A DNA stretch of 32,944 nt, taken from sequence record SRR31156797_1107. One strand, given 5' to 3'. The number at the start of each line of letters is the position of its first letter. The stretch's first letter is position 1. This document shows, in pieces, positions 18,604 through 27,448 of this stretch. The notes under the pieces were generated by a model, which made no database searches, had not been told where the DNA came from, and was given only the letters and a program-made list of their open reading frames with translations. Made by a program: the position numbers and the translations under genes.

Positions 18604-18660
18604 TATATACAATAACTGTATATAAAATATTGTATATTTATTATACTCCTTTAGTATAAT
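18604..18660. promoter_or_regulatory. Two TATAC-N7-GTATA palindromes; the second overlaps the eutB -10 (TATAAT 18655-18660)
   Basis: TATATACA-ATAAC-TGTATATA (18604-18624) and ATTATACT-CCTTT-AGTATAAT (18640-18660), both perfect 8-5-8 dyads. Confidence 0.65.
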
Positions 18661-18712
18661 TAAACTTTTAAATTTTGTTAAAATTCTACTGCTTTTATAA
18701 AAAAGGGTTAGA

Positions 18713-20113
18713 ATGAGTAAAGAATATAAATTTTCATTTGGTGGGAAAACTTACCACTTTAAAGATTTAAAAGACCTAATGGCTAAAGCTACTCCAAAAA
18801 GATCAGGAGATATACTGGCTGAAGTTGCCGCTTTATCTGAAGAAGAAAGAGCAATAGCTCAAATGAAACTATCTGAAATACCTTTATCTGAATTTTTAGA
18901 AAATCAACTTATACCTTATGAAGAAGATGAAGTTACAAGACTTATAATAGATGAACACGATAAAGAAGCTTTCGAACCAATAAAAAATTTAAATGTAGGT
19001 GAATTTAGAAACTATTTATTAAGTGATGAAGTTACACCTACAGTAATAAAAAATATACAAGCTGGACTAACTCCTGAAATGGTTGCATCAGTTAGTAAGA
19101 TTATGAGAAACCAAGAGTTAATAATGGTAGCTAAAAAATGTGAAGTTATTACTGCTTTTAGAAATACTATTGGTTTAAGTGGACATTTATCAACAAGATT
19201 ACAACCAAATCACCCAACTGATGATATTATGGGGATTGCTGCAAGTACACTAGATGGCTTATTATATGGAAATGGAGATGCTGTTATAGGTATCAATCCT
19301 GCAACTGATAATGTAAGTCAAACTACAAAACTTCTTAAACTACTTGATGAAGTTATATCAAAATATGAGATTCCTACTCAATCTTGTGTTTTAACACATG
19401 TTACAAATACAATCGAAGTAATAGAAAATGGTGGTCCAGTAGATTTGGTTTTTCAATCTATTGGTGGAACAGAAGCTACAAACTCAAGTTTTGGTTTTAG
19501 TTTATCTACTTTAAAAGAGGCACAAGAAGCTGCATTATCATTAAACAGAGGTACAGTTGGAAACAATGTAATGTATTTTGAAACAGGACAAGGAAGCTCT
19601 TTATCTGCCGATGCGAATTTTGGTGTTGACCAACAAACTTGTGAAGCAAGAGCTTATGCAGTAGCTAGAAAATTCTCTCCACTATTGGTAAATACTGTTG
19701 TTGGTTTTATTGGACCTGAGTATTTATATGATGGAAAAGAGATTACAAGAGCAGGACTTGAAGACCACTTTTGTGGGAAACTTTTAGGTGTTCCTATGGG
19801 CTGTGATATTTGTTATACAAACCATGCAGAAGCTGATCAAAATGATATGGACAACCTTTTAACACTACTTGGTGTTGCGGGGATTAATTTTATTATGGGT
19901 ATTCCTGGAAGTGATGATATTATGCTTAACTATCAAACTACATCTTTCCACGATGCTTTATATGCAAGAAGAGTTTTAAATCTAGACCCAGCTCCTGAAT
20001 TCAAAGCTTGGCTAGAAAAAATGGAAATCTTCAAAAGTATGGATGGATATAAACTTAATAATAAAGTTCCACCATTATTTGAAAAACCTCTATCAAATGT
20101 GTTAGGAAAATAG
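18713..20113 (+). CDS. eutB: Ethanolamine ammonia-lyase large subunit
   Basis: RSGD, RLQPNHPTDD, GDAVIGINPA, MYFETGQGS, EDHFCGKLLG, DIMLNYQTTSFHD. Confidence 0.97.
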   Translation: MSKEYKFSFGGKTYHFKDLKDLMAKATPKRSGDILAEVAALSEEERAIAQMKLSEIPLSEFLENQLIPYEEDEVTRLIIDEHDKEAFEPIKNLNVGEFRNYLLSDEVTPTVIKNIQAGLTPEMVASVSKIMRNQELIMVAKKCEVITAFRNTIGLSGHLSTRLQPNHPTDDIMGIAASTLDGLLYGNGDAVIGINPATDNVSQTTKLLKLLDEVISKYEIPTQSCVLTHVTNTIEVIENGGPVDLVFQSIGGTEATNSSFGFSLSTLKEAQEAALSLNRGTVGNNVMYFETGQGSSLSADANFGVDQQTCEARAYAVARKFSPLLVNTVVGFIGPEYLYDGKEITRAGLEDHFCGKLLGVPMGCDICYTNHAEADQNDMDNLLTLLGVAGINFIMGIPGSDDIMLNYQTTSFHDALYARRVLNLDPAPEFKAWLEKMEIFKSMDGYKLNNKVPPLFEKPLSNVLGK

Positions 20114-20114
20114 G

Positions 20115-20966
20115 ATGGAAGAAAATATTGTAAAAAACCCTTGGGCAGGTTTAAGAGATTATACTGATGCAAGAATAGGTTTAGGAAGAACAGGTGTTAG
20201 TCTTCCAACTTCAAAACTTCTTGAGTTTCAATTAGCCCATGCAAAAGCTAGAGATGCAGTTCATCTTCCTTTGGATATAGAAAAGCTTATTGATGGTTTT
20301 GCAAATATGCCTTTAGAATTAGAACTTTTAGAAAAAAATAGCGCAAAAGGTGTTCTAAGTGAAGGGTGTACGCCAATACTTTTACATTCGCAAGCTACAA
20401 ATAGACATGTTTATCTTCAAAGACCTGATTTAGGAAGAAGATTAAATAGAGAATCAAGAAAAAAACTAAACGAACAACCAAAACTAGAATCATACGATTT
20501 GGCAATAGTTATTGTTGATGGTTTATCTTCACTTGCAATAAAAGAAAATGCAATTAGTTTTATTCATAAACTTTCAAAAGAGTTGGTAAATGATAATCAA
20601 GATTGGACTCTTGCTCCTTTTACAATTGTAGAACAAGGAAGAGTTGCTATTGGAGATGAAGTTGGACAACTTCTAAATGCTAAAGCTGTAATTGTTTTAG
20701 TTGGAGAAAGACCAGGTTTGAGTTCACCTGATAGTTTAGGTTTATACCTAACTTACTCTCCAAAAGTTGGATTAAATGATTCAAATAGAAATTGTATATC
20801 AAATATAAGAGTTGATGGACTTAGTTATGAGGAGGCTACAAGAAAAGCATTGTATTTATTAAAAGAATCAAGAAAACTGGAACTCTCAGGTGTTCAAATA
20901 AAAGATAGAACAGATGATGATGACCAAATACAAATAAAACAAGAGAAAAATTTTTTACTAAATTAA
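20115..20966 (+). CDS. eutC: Ethanolamine ammonia-lyase small subunit
   Basis: TDARIGLGRTG, HAKARDAVH, YLQRPDLGR, DGLS, GERPGL, RNCISNI. Confidence 0.97.
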   Translation: MEENIVKNPWAGLRDYTDARIGLGRTGVSLPTSKLLEFQLAHAKARDAVHLPLDIEKLIDGFANMPLELELLEKNSAKGVLSEGCTPILLHSQATNRHVYLQRPDLGRRLNRESRKKLNEQPKLESYDLAIVIVDGLSSLAIKENAISFIHKLSKELVNDNQDWTLAPFTIVEQGRVAIGDEVGQLLNAKAVIVLVGERPGLSSPDSLGLYLTYSPKVGLNDSNRNCISNIRVDGLSYEEATRKALYLLKESRKLELSGVQIKDRTDDDDQIQIKQEKNFLLN

Positions 20967-20982
20967 AAGGAGAAAAATAGTT

Positions 20983-22386
20983 ATGAAAATTGATGATGAT
21001 TATCTTGCCAAACGGCAACTAAAAAGAGGAACAGCAGGTTGGCTTTTACTTGCTGGGCTTGGTATTTCTTATGTTATTTCTGGTGATTTTGCTGGATGGA
21101 ACTTCGGTATTGCAGAAGCAGGTTGGGGTGGATTTTTAATCGCTGCTGTTTTAATGGGTGTAATGTATATGTTCTTAGTACTTTCACTTGCAGAGATGTC
21201 AGCTGCAATTCCTGCTGCTGGTGGTGGTTATAGTTTTGCTAGACAAGTTATGGGACCTGCTGGAGGTTATCTAACTGGGCTTGCTATTTTGATTGAGTAT
21301 GCATTGGCTCCTGCAGCTATTGTAATATTTATTGGTTCTGCAACTGAGAGTTTACTTGGTGTAAATGGTCCTGTTGTGTATGCAATATTTTATGCTGTGT
21401 TTATTGCTATACATGTTTTAGGAGCTGGTGAAGCACTTAAAACTATGATGGTTATTAGTGCATTGGCAGTATTTGCTATTATTGCAACTGCTATTGCTTT
21501 AATTGGTGATTTTAATGTTGCAAACCTATTTGATATAGCTCCATCTGCAGATGTTGCTGGTGCAACTGAGTTTTTACCTTTTGGTTGGCATGGTGTATGG
21601 GCTGCATTACCTTTTGCAATGTGGTTATTCCTTGCTGTTGAAGGTGTTCCTTTAGCTGCTGAAGAAGCAAAAAACCCTGCAAAAGATGTACCTAAAGGTA
21701 TCATTGGAGCTATGTTATTCCTTTTAGTTTCTGCTGCTTTAGTTGTATTTTTATTAGCTGGTGCAAGTGGTGCAAAAATGATTGGTGATAGTGCAGTGCC
21801 TTTAGTTGATGCTTTAAACGCAGTTGGTAACGAAACATTAGCAACTATTGTAAATGTACTTGCATTAGCTGGTCTTATTGCTTCTTTCTTCTCTATTATC
21901 TATGGATATAGTAGATTGATTTTTGCATTATCAAGAGCAGGTTATTTACCACAATTTTTATCTTTAACAAGTAAAAGAAAAACTCCAACTTGGGCTTTAA
22001 TTGTTCCTGGTGTATTAGGTTTCTTAGCTTCATTAACAGGTGAGGGTGACTTAATGTTAGGTATGGCTGTTGTTGGTGCAACTATCTCTTATGCTCTTAT
22101 GTCTTTAAGTCATATTTTACTAAGAGTTAAACAACCTGAAATGAATAGACCATATAAAACTCCAGGTGGAATGTTAACTTCTGGTATTGCATTAGTATTA
22201 TCTGTTGTAGCTTTAACTGGTGTATATGCATTTGACCCAAGAGCATTTAACTATACAATTGTTTTATATATTCTTGGAGCAATCTATTATTTTGCTTATG
22301 CAAAAAATCATTTAGTAGCAAAAACTGCAGAAGAAGAGTTTGCTATGATTGAAAAAGCAGAGCAAGAATTAGAACACGAACTATAA
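20983..22386 (+). CDS. eat: Ethanolamine permease (APC family)
   Basis: YLAKRQLK, GISYVISGDFAGWNFG, WLFLAVEGVPLAAEE; about 12 TM helices; adjacent to eutBC. Confidence 0.93.
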   Translation: MKIDDDYLAKRQLKRGTAGWLLLAGLGISYVISGDFAGWNFGIAEAGWGGFLIAAVLMGVMYMFLVLSLAEMSAAIPAAGGGYSFARQVMGPAGGYLTGLAILIEYALAPAAIVIFIGSATESLLGVNGPVVYAIFYAVFIAIHVLGAGEALKTMMVISALAVFAIIATAIALIGDFNVANLFDIAPSADVAGATEFLPFGWHGVWAALPFAMWLFLAVEGVPLAAEEAKNPAKDVPKGIIGAMLFLLVSAALVVFLLAGASGAKMIGDSAVPLVDALNAVGNETLATIVNVLALAGLIASFFSIIYGYSRLIFALSRAGYLPQFLSLTSKRKTPTWALIVPGVLGFLASLTGEGDLMLGMAVVGATISYALMSLSHILLRVKQPEMNRPYKTPGGMLTSGIALVLSVVALTGVYAFDPRAFNYTIVLYILGAIYYFAYAKNHLVAKTAEEEFAMIEKAEQELEHEL

Positions 22387-22392
22387 AATAAT

Positions 22393-22421
22393 CCAAGCAC
22401 TTTTTAAGTGCTTGGTACTTA
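22393..22421 (+). terminator. Terminator-like hairpin ending the eut operon
   Basis: CCAAGCACTT-TTT-AAGTGCTTGG. Confidence 0.65.
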
Positions 22422-22498
22422 AACTACTCTCAAATTAACCTATCTATATTTTAATTTTTTGTATCATACATTTTATTATTTATTAAAAAAGAGTTATT

Positions 22499-23128
22499 AT
22501 GAATATTGAAAAATTAAAAGATATTGAAACTGAATTTTTAGATTGTTATCCAAAAGCTTTCGAGGATGAAAAACTTCTTCCTATGGTTAAAAAATTTAAT
22601 CCTTTAAAATTTGAAAATATGGCAAAAGAGATGTTTGATAAAGATAATTTTTCTCAACCAGATATTGTATGTGAGAACTTTTTTAGAATCATTTCAAGGT
22701 CAGCTTTAATCTCTTTATTTGATAAAGCAAAACTAAGAGATTCTATGAAAACTATGGGAATGTATCAAAAAGATATGCTAAGTATTGGCTTGTATGAGAT
22801 TTTGCATGGAAGTAAAAAGTCTGGATTTGAGATTTTAGTTGAAGTGTTAGAGGAGTATAAACTTGCAAAATGGACACTTATAACTTTGATTCCTTATTAT
22901 ATGAAAAGAGATAAAGAGTTTTTTATCAAGCCAACTACTACAAAAAATATTATTAAATATTTAGAGTTAGAAAATCTAATTTATAAGCCAAAACCAACTT
23001 ATGCATTTTATAAAGAGTATTCAAAAGCTTTAAAAGAGGTAAAAAAAAATGTAAAAAGATCTCTAACAAAAGACAATGCAGCTTTCACAGGTTTTTTAAG
23101 ACTTGGAATAGAGATTTGTGAAGAGTAA
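22499..23128 (+). CDS. Conserved hypothetical protein
   Basis: 209-aa ORF with conserved-looking motifs KLAKW, FIKPTT, YKPKP, NAAFTGFL; function not recognised. Confidence 0.8.
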   Translation: MNIEKLKDIETEFLDCYPKAFEDEKLLPMVKKFNPLKFENMAKEMFDKDNFSQPDIVCENFFRIISRSALISLFDKAKLRDSMKTMGMYQKDMLSIGLYEILHGSKKSGFEILVEVLEEYKLAKWTLITLIPYYMKRDKEFFIKPTTTKNIIKYLELENLIYKPKPTYAFYKEYSKALKEVKKNVKRSLTKDNAAFTGFLRLGIEICEE

Positions 23129-23154
23129 ACTTTACTAGGTTCTAGTAAAGTTTA
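23126..23154. terminator. Bidirectional terminator
   Basis: TAAACTTTACTAG-GTT-CTAGTAAAGTTTA between convergent genes. Confidence 0.75.
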
Positions 23155-23158
23155 AATC

Positions 23159-23716
23159 CTACCATTTTTGTTTTGGTGGTTGATATGTTTTGATTTGTTC
23201 TAATAACTTCTCTTTGTCATCTGTTTTTATTAACATATTTATAAAGTCTTCTTTTAAAAACTGTGAGTCTTTCATCTCTTCAAGTAATTCAAATAGTTTA
23301 TTATAAAACCCATCAATATTATAAAAAGCACAAGGTTTGTTATGATAACCAAGCTGTGCCCATGTCCATACTTCAAATATCTCTTCAAGTGTTCCTGCTC
23401 CACCTGGTAAAGCTATAAATGCATCAGCCATATTTGACATTGCTGCTTTTCTTTCGTGCATATCTTTTACTACTGTTAATTGAGTAACTCCTGTATGAGC
23501 TAACTCTTTATCTTTTAATCTTTCAGGAATAATCCCATAAACTTTTGCACCATTTTCCAAGAAAGCATTTGCAATTGTTCCCATAAGTCCAACTTTTCCA
23601 CCACCATAAACTAAATCAATACCATTTTGAGCTAAAAATTTTCCTAATTGTTTTGTTTGGTTGATGTATTCTTCATTATTTCCACTACTTGAACCACAAT
23701 AAATTGCAACTGTCAT
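23159..23716 (-). CDS. LOG family nucleotide phosphoribohydrolase (TIGR00730)
   Basis: VYGGGKVGLMG, MHERK, PGGAGTLEE signature. Confidence 0.94.
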   Translation of the reverse strand: MTVAIYCGSSSGNNEEYINQTKQLGKFLAQNGIDLVYGGGKVGLMGTIANAFLENGAKVYGIIPERLKDKELAHTGVTQLTVVKDMHERKAAMSNMADAFIALPGGAGTLEEIFEVWTWAQLGYHNKPCAFYNIDGFYNKLFELLEEMKDSQFLKEDFINMLIKTDDKEKLLEQIKTYQPPKQKW

Positions 23717-23805
23717 TAATAAAATCCTTTCAATAAAACTAGGCAGTGATTATAGTTAAAAAAATTTAAAATAACGAAAAATATTGCATATTGTCATAAA
23801 GAAAA

Positions 23806-23847
23806 TCAACATATGTAAAGGACAAAAAAATTTAAATCTTGTATTAT
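23806..23847 (+). promoter_or_regulatory. Putative Crp/Fnr-family site centred at -41.5 plus -10 of the DMT gene
   Basis: TCAACATATGTAAA (core ACATATGT 23809-23816); TATTAT at 23842-23847. Confidence 0.55.
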
Positions 23848-23871
23848 GTCGAAGTAACAAAAAGGAAAAAT

Positions 23872-24777
23872 ATGAATACAAGATTAAATGCCCATTTTTT
23901 AGTAATAATTGCAACGCTTTTAGTTGCAGGTTCGTTTATAGCCTCAAAAAAACTCTCAGGAGTGATTGACCCAATTTCATTAACACTATTTAGATTTATT
24001 TTCGCTGCACTATTATTGTCTCCAATAATATTTTTTAAGAAAAGATATAGAAAAAGAATCGTTCCATCATTTAAAAGAACATTAGTTATTAGTCTATTTT
24101 ATGCATTGTATTTTATTGGTTTATTTAAAGCTTTAGAGTATACAAGTGCCATAAATACTGGAACTCTATTTACATTGGTTCCTTTGTTTACAGGAGTATT
24201 TTCAATATTCTTTTTTAAACAAAAGCTATCTTTGTTTCAATTTTTGATTTATTTGATTGGTATTATTGGAACTGTAATTGTTGTATTTAAAGGAGATATT
24301 GATTTATTGTTATCTTTTTCATTAAATAATGGAGATATTATTTTTATATTTTCTATTATCTCTATGGCTTTATACTCAATCTCTACAAAGTTCTTATATA
24401 AAGATGATGATGAAGTTTTGGTTTTAGTTTTTATGACTTTAATTGGTGGATGTATTTGGATGGGAATCGCTTTAGAGATTTTCAATATTCCACTTGAATG
24501 GTATAAAATAAAAAATGAACTATTTGTATATATGGTTTACTTAACAATTGGAGCAACACTTTTTACTGTTTATTTGTACCAAAAGGCAACTATAATTTTG
24601 GGACCAAAAAGTGTAATGTCTTATGTATATCTAAATCCAGCAGCGATTGTATTGTTATTATATATAGTTGATGATAGTAGTATTAATATCTCTACTTTTA
24701 TAGGTATTTTAATATCATCTTTTGCTACAATTATTCTACTTAATGAAAAGAGAAGTTTATTGAATGACAGAAACTAA
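23872..24777 (+). CDS. DMT/EamA family transporter
   Basis: About 10 TM helices in two EamA repeats; AAGGA SD precedes ATG 23872. Confidence 0.9.
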   Translation: MNTRLNAHFLVIIATLLVAGSFIASKKLSGVIDPISLTLFRFIFAALLLSPIIFFKKRYRKRIVPSFKRTLVISLFYALYFIGLFKALEYTSAINTGTLFTLVPLFTGVFSIFFFKQKLSLFQFLIYLIGIIGTVIVVFKGDIDLLLSFSLNNGDIIFIFSIISMALYSISTKFLYKDDDEVLVLVFMTLIGGCIWMGIALEIFNIPLEWYKIKNELFVYMVYLTIGATLFTVYLYQKATIILGPKSVMSYVYLNPAAIVLLLYIVDDSSINISTFIGILISSFATIILLNEKRSLLNDRN

Positions 24778-25372
24778 CAAAGATATATATTTTAAACAAT
24801 TAAGAAGTGTTACTGACAAATACTATAAATTTAGTGATAGTTCCTTTGAGCAATTTAAATCGATTTGCCATATAAAAGAGGTAAAAAAGAATGAAATCTT
24901 ACAAGATACCTACAGCGTAGCCAAATATATTTATTTTATTTGCAAAGGTATTTTAAGAACATATTATCTAAATGAAAAAGGTGAGATTTATACAAAAAAT
25001 TTGTTTTCTGAAAACTATTTTTCAGCATCTAAAGTTTCTTTACTAACACAAGAGGATTCATACCTAAATATAGAGGCTTTAGAAGATTCGATTTTAATAT
25101 ATATAGATTTTAAAAAGTATAAAAATTTGATAAATACAAATATAGAATTTAAAGATTTTTATATAAATTATTTAGAAAAAAATTGGGTTATAGTAAAAGA
25201 AAAAAATGAGATATCATTGATTTTAGATGAGGCTTTAACTAGGTATAAAAATTTTATAAAAAGTAATCCAAATATTGAAAATAGAATTCCACTTCATCAT
25301 ATTGCAAATCACTTAGGAATAACACCTACTCAGTTAAGTAGGATAAGAAAAAAGATGAAAGAGCTTGATTAA
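24764..25372 (+). CDS. Crp/Fnr family transcriptional regulator
   Basis: cNMP-binding-like barrel (YFICKGILR, IEALED) and C-terminal HTH IANHLGITPTQLSRIRKK. Confidence 0.9.
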   Translation: MTETNKDIYFKQLRSVTDKYYKFSDSSFEQFKSICHIKEVKKNEILQDTYSVAKYIYFICKGILRTYYLNEKGEIYTKNLFSENYFSASKVSLLTQEDSYLNIEALEDSILIYIDFKKYKNLINTNIEFKDFYINYLEKNWVIVKEKNEISLILDEALTRYKNFIKSNPNIENRIPLHHIANHLGITPTQLSRIRKKMKELD

Positions 25373-25386
25373 CAAGCTCTTTTTTT
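25358..25386. terminator. Bidirectional terminator
   Basis: AAAGAGCTTG-ATTAA-CAAGCTCTTT plus T-run. Confidence 0.75.
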
Positions 25387-26023
25387 ATTCTTCTTCTACA
25401 TATCTTCTATACTCAATAATATTTTGAACACTTAAAAGTGGCATATCAAATTTTTGAGCAAAATTTGTAATATCTTCATTTTTAGCCATAGTTCCATCTG
25501 GATTTGTAAGTTCACATAAAACTGCAACAGGCTCAAGTTTTGCAAGTTTCATTAAATCAATACTAGCTTCTGTATGTCCTTGTCTTTCAAGTACTCCACC
25601 ATCTCTTGCTCTTAAAGGGAAAATGTGCCCTGGAGAAACAATATGGTTGATACCGTCTTCTTTTATTGCTGCTTTTATTGTAGTAACTCTATCTTTTGCA
25701 CTAACACCTGTTGTTACATTATCTTTTGCTTCAATTGTAACTGTAAATGGAGTTTGGTATTTTGAGTTGTTTGCTTCTACCATCATAGGTAGTTTTAACT
25801 CTTCAACTTTTTGTGATGTTAAACATAAACATACAATTCCACTGCATTCTCTAATTAAAATAGCCATTTGTTCTTCTGTAATAGAGTTTGCGTAGAAGAT
25901 TAAATCTGCTTCATCTTCTCTATTTTTGTCGTCTGTTACAACAACACCTTTTCCATTTTGTAGTGCTTCTATAGCATTTTGAATATTTTGTTTAAAATCC
26001 CAGTTTAAGATTTTTTGATTCAT
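25385..26023 (-). CDS. ribB: 3,4-dihydroxy-2-butanone-4-phosphate synthase (stand-alone)
   Basis: [44 protein letters not shown]. Confidence 0.96.
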   Translation of the reverse strand: MNQKILNWDFKQNIQNAIEALQNGKGVVVTDDKNREDEADLIFYANSITEEQMAILIRECSGIVCLCLTSQKVEELKLPMMVEANNSKYQTPFTVTIEAKDNVTTGVSAKDRVTTIKAAIKEDGINHIVSPGHIFPLRARDGGVLERQGHTEASIDLMKLAKLEPVAVLCELTNPDGTMAKNEDITNFAQKFDMPLLSVQNIIEYRRYVEEE

Positions 26024-26123
26024 TAGCTAATCCTTTTTTATTGAATTTGACTTATTGAATCAGGGCATTATATATGTAAGTAATACAAACTTATTGTGTA
26101 TTAAACAGTAGTAAAACTTTTTA

Positions 26124-26263
26124 TATTCTCTTTCATCCAGACTTTAACTGTTGGTTTTGGATTCTCACCAAATCTGCTTGACCTTTACAATGTAAAGCGC
26201 TCGTGGACTTCTATTTAGTATAGTTACCACCAGTAAGGAATTTCACCTTGCCCTGAGAAATAA
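26124..26263 (-). promoter_or_regulatory. FMN riboswitch (RFN element)
   Basis: Reverse complement reads TTCTCAGGGCAAGGTGAAATTCCTTACTGGTGGT...AGTCCACGAGCG...GCAGATTTGGTGAGAATCCAAAACCAACAGTTAAAGTCTGGATGAAAGAGAA, upstream of ribB. Confidence 0.96.
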
Positions 26264-26344
26264 ATTTGTGAAATTTTAACTAAAGTAAACTTATAGAAAG
26301 TGAAAAAAAGTTTTATATGCAACTTCTCTTAGTAATTTAACTTA

Positions 26345-26353
26345 TGTTATAAT
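26345..26353 (+). promoter_or_regulatory. Extended -10 of phnA/yjdM
   Basis: TGTTATAAT, with AAGGAAG SD downstream. Confidence 0.65.
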
Positions 26354-26383
26354 TGCAAGCTAAAATAAATTTAAAGGAAGTTA

Positions 26384-26731
26384 ATGGAGCAATTACCAAA
26401 TTGTCCTAAATGTAATGGTGAATATACTTACGAAGATGGAAGTTTATTAATCTGTCCTGAGTGTGCACATGAATGGTCAAAAGACGCAGCAAATTCAGAA
26501 GAGGAAGATACTTTAGTAGTAAAAGATGCAAATGGAACTGTTTTAAATGATGGTGATGATGTAACAGTTATCAAAGATTTAAAAGTAAAAGGTAGTTCAT
26601 CTGGAATCAAAGTTGGTACAAAAATCAAAGGTATCAGACTTGTTGATGGAAATGATGGTCATAATATTGACTGTAAAGTTCCTGGAGTAGGAGCTATCAA
26701 ACTTAAACAAGAGTTTGTAAAAAAACAATAA
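26384..26731 (+). CDS. phnA: Zinc-ribbon protein YjdM/PhnA
   Basis: CPKC...YTYED...[32 protein letters not shown]. Confidence 0.93.
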   Translation: MEQLPNCPKCNGEYTYEDGSLLICPECAHEWSKDAANSEEEDTLVVKDANGTVLNDGDDVTVIKDLKVKGSSSGIKVGTKIKGIRLVDGNDGHNIDCKVPGVGAIKLKQEFVKKQ

Positions 26732-26736
26732 TAATT

Positions 26737-26758
26737 AGGGCTCTCGCCCTTTTTATTT
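26737..26758 (+). terminator. Intrinsic terminator
   Basis: AGGGC-TCTC-GCCCT followed by TTTTATTT. Confidence 0.75.
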
Positions 26759-26775
26759 CAAATTATTTTATCAAT

Positions 26776-26824
26776 TTGACATTTATCTTTTTTTCTACTA
26801 CAATTTTACCAAACAATCGTTTGG
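26776..26824 (+). promoter_or_regulatory. Sigma70 promoter and TetR operator 1
   Basis: TTGACA-N17-TACAAT (26776-26804); CCAAAC-AATC-GTTTGG at 26809-26824 over the predicted TSS. Confidence 0.8.
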
Positions 26825-26832
26825 ATAAATAA

Positions 26833-27387
26833 ATGGCAATCAAAAAAACATCAGCAGAACAGATACTTACAGAATCAATAAGTCTTTTTAAGAGAAGAGG
26901 GTATTATAATACTTCTATGGCAAATATAGCAGAAGCTTGTGGTCTTATAAAAGGAAGTATTTATCATCACTTTAAAAGTAAAGATGAAATAGGTATTGAG
27001 TCTTTAAAGTATATCCATGAGTATTTTGTAAAAAATATTTTTTCTGTAGCGTATGAAAATAACACATCTCCTAAAGATAGAATGGATAATCTTGTAAAAA
27101 AAACTGATAACTATTTTTTAAATAGTGAAGGTGGATGTTTATTAGGAAATCTAGCTTTAGAGGTTGCACATGAAAATGAGAACTTTAAAGAGGTGATTCG
27201 AACATATTTTACAGCTTGGGAAAATGCACTTTATGAGATATTAAAAGATAGACATTATAGTGAAGATGCTAAAAACCTAGCAAAAGAGTATGTATCATTG
27301 ACTCAAGGGGCGATTATGATGATGAACCTTTATAACAATAAAGATATCTATTTAGATGTTGGAAAAAAATTAAAAAATTTAGTTTAA
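26833..27387 (+). CDS. TetR/AcrR family regulator (NemR-like C-terminus)
   Basis: GYYNTSMANIAEACGLIKGSIYHHFKSK HTH; GCLLGNLALE. Confidence 0.93.
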   Translation: MAIKKTSAEQILTESISLFKRRGYYNTSMANIAEACGLIKGSIYHHFKSKDEIGIESLKYIHEYFVKNIFSVAYENNTSPKDRMDNLVKKTDNYFLNSEGGCLLGNLALEVAHENENFKEVIRTYFTAWENALYEILKDRHYSEDAKNLAKEYVSLTQGAIMMMNLYNNKDIYLDVGKKLKNLV

Positions 27388-27407
27388 AATTTTTTTGCCT
27401 ATTAATT

Positions 27408-27422
27408 CAAACAATCGTTTGG
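27408..27422. promoter_or_regulatory. TetR operator 2
   Basis: CAAACAATCGTTTGG, 15-nt exact copy of operator 1. Confidence 0.8.
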
Positions 27423-27448
27423 TTAAATAATATATTAAAGGAAAAGAG

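Noticed and set aside
18616..18632. CTGTATATAAAATATTG as a LexA SOS box
   Set aside because: Lacks the CAG half-site; better explained by the TATAC-N7-GTATA dyads.
18494..18712. Cobalamin riboswitch or ANTAR hairpins before eutB
   Set aside because: Region is almost pure AT; no B12-box or paired ANTAR stem-loops are visible.
26809..27422. 15-nt direct repeat flanking tetR as target-site duplication or att sites
   Set aside because: The repeat is palindromic and sits at promoter positions; no recombinase nearby, so an operator is more parsimonious.
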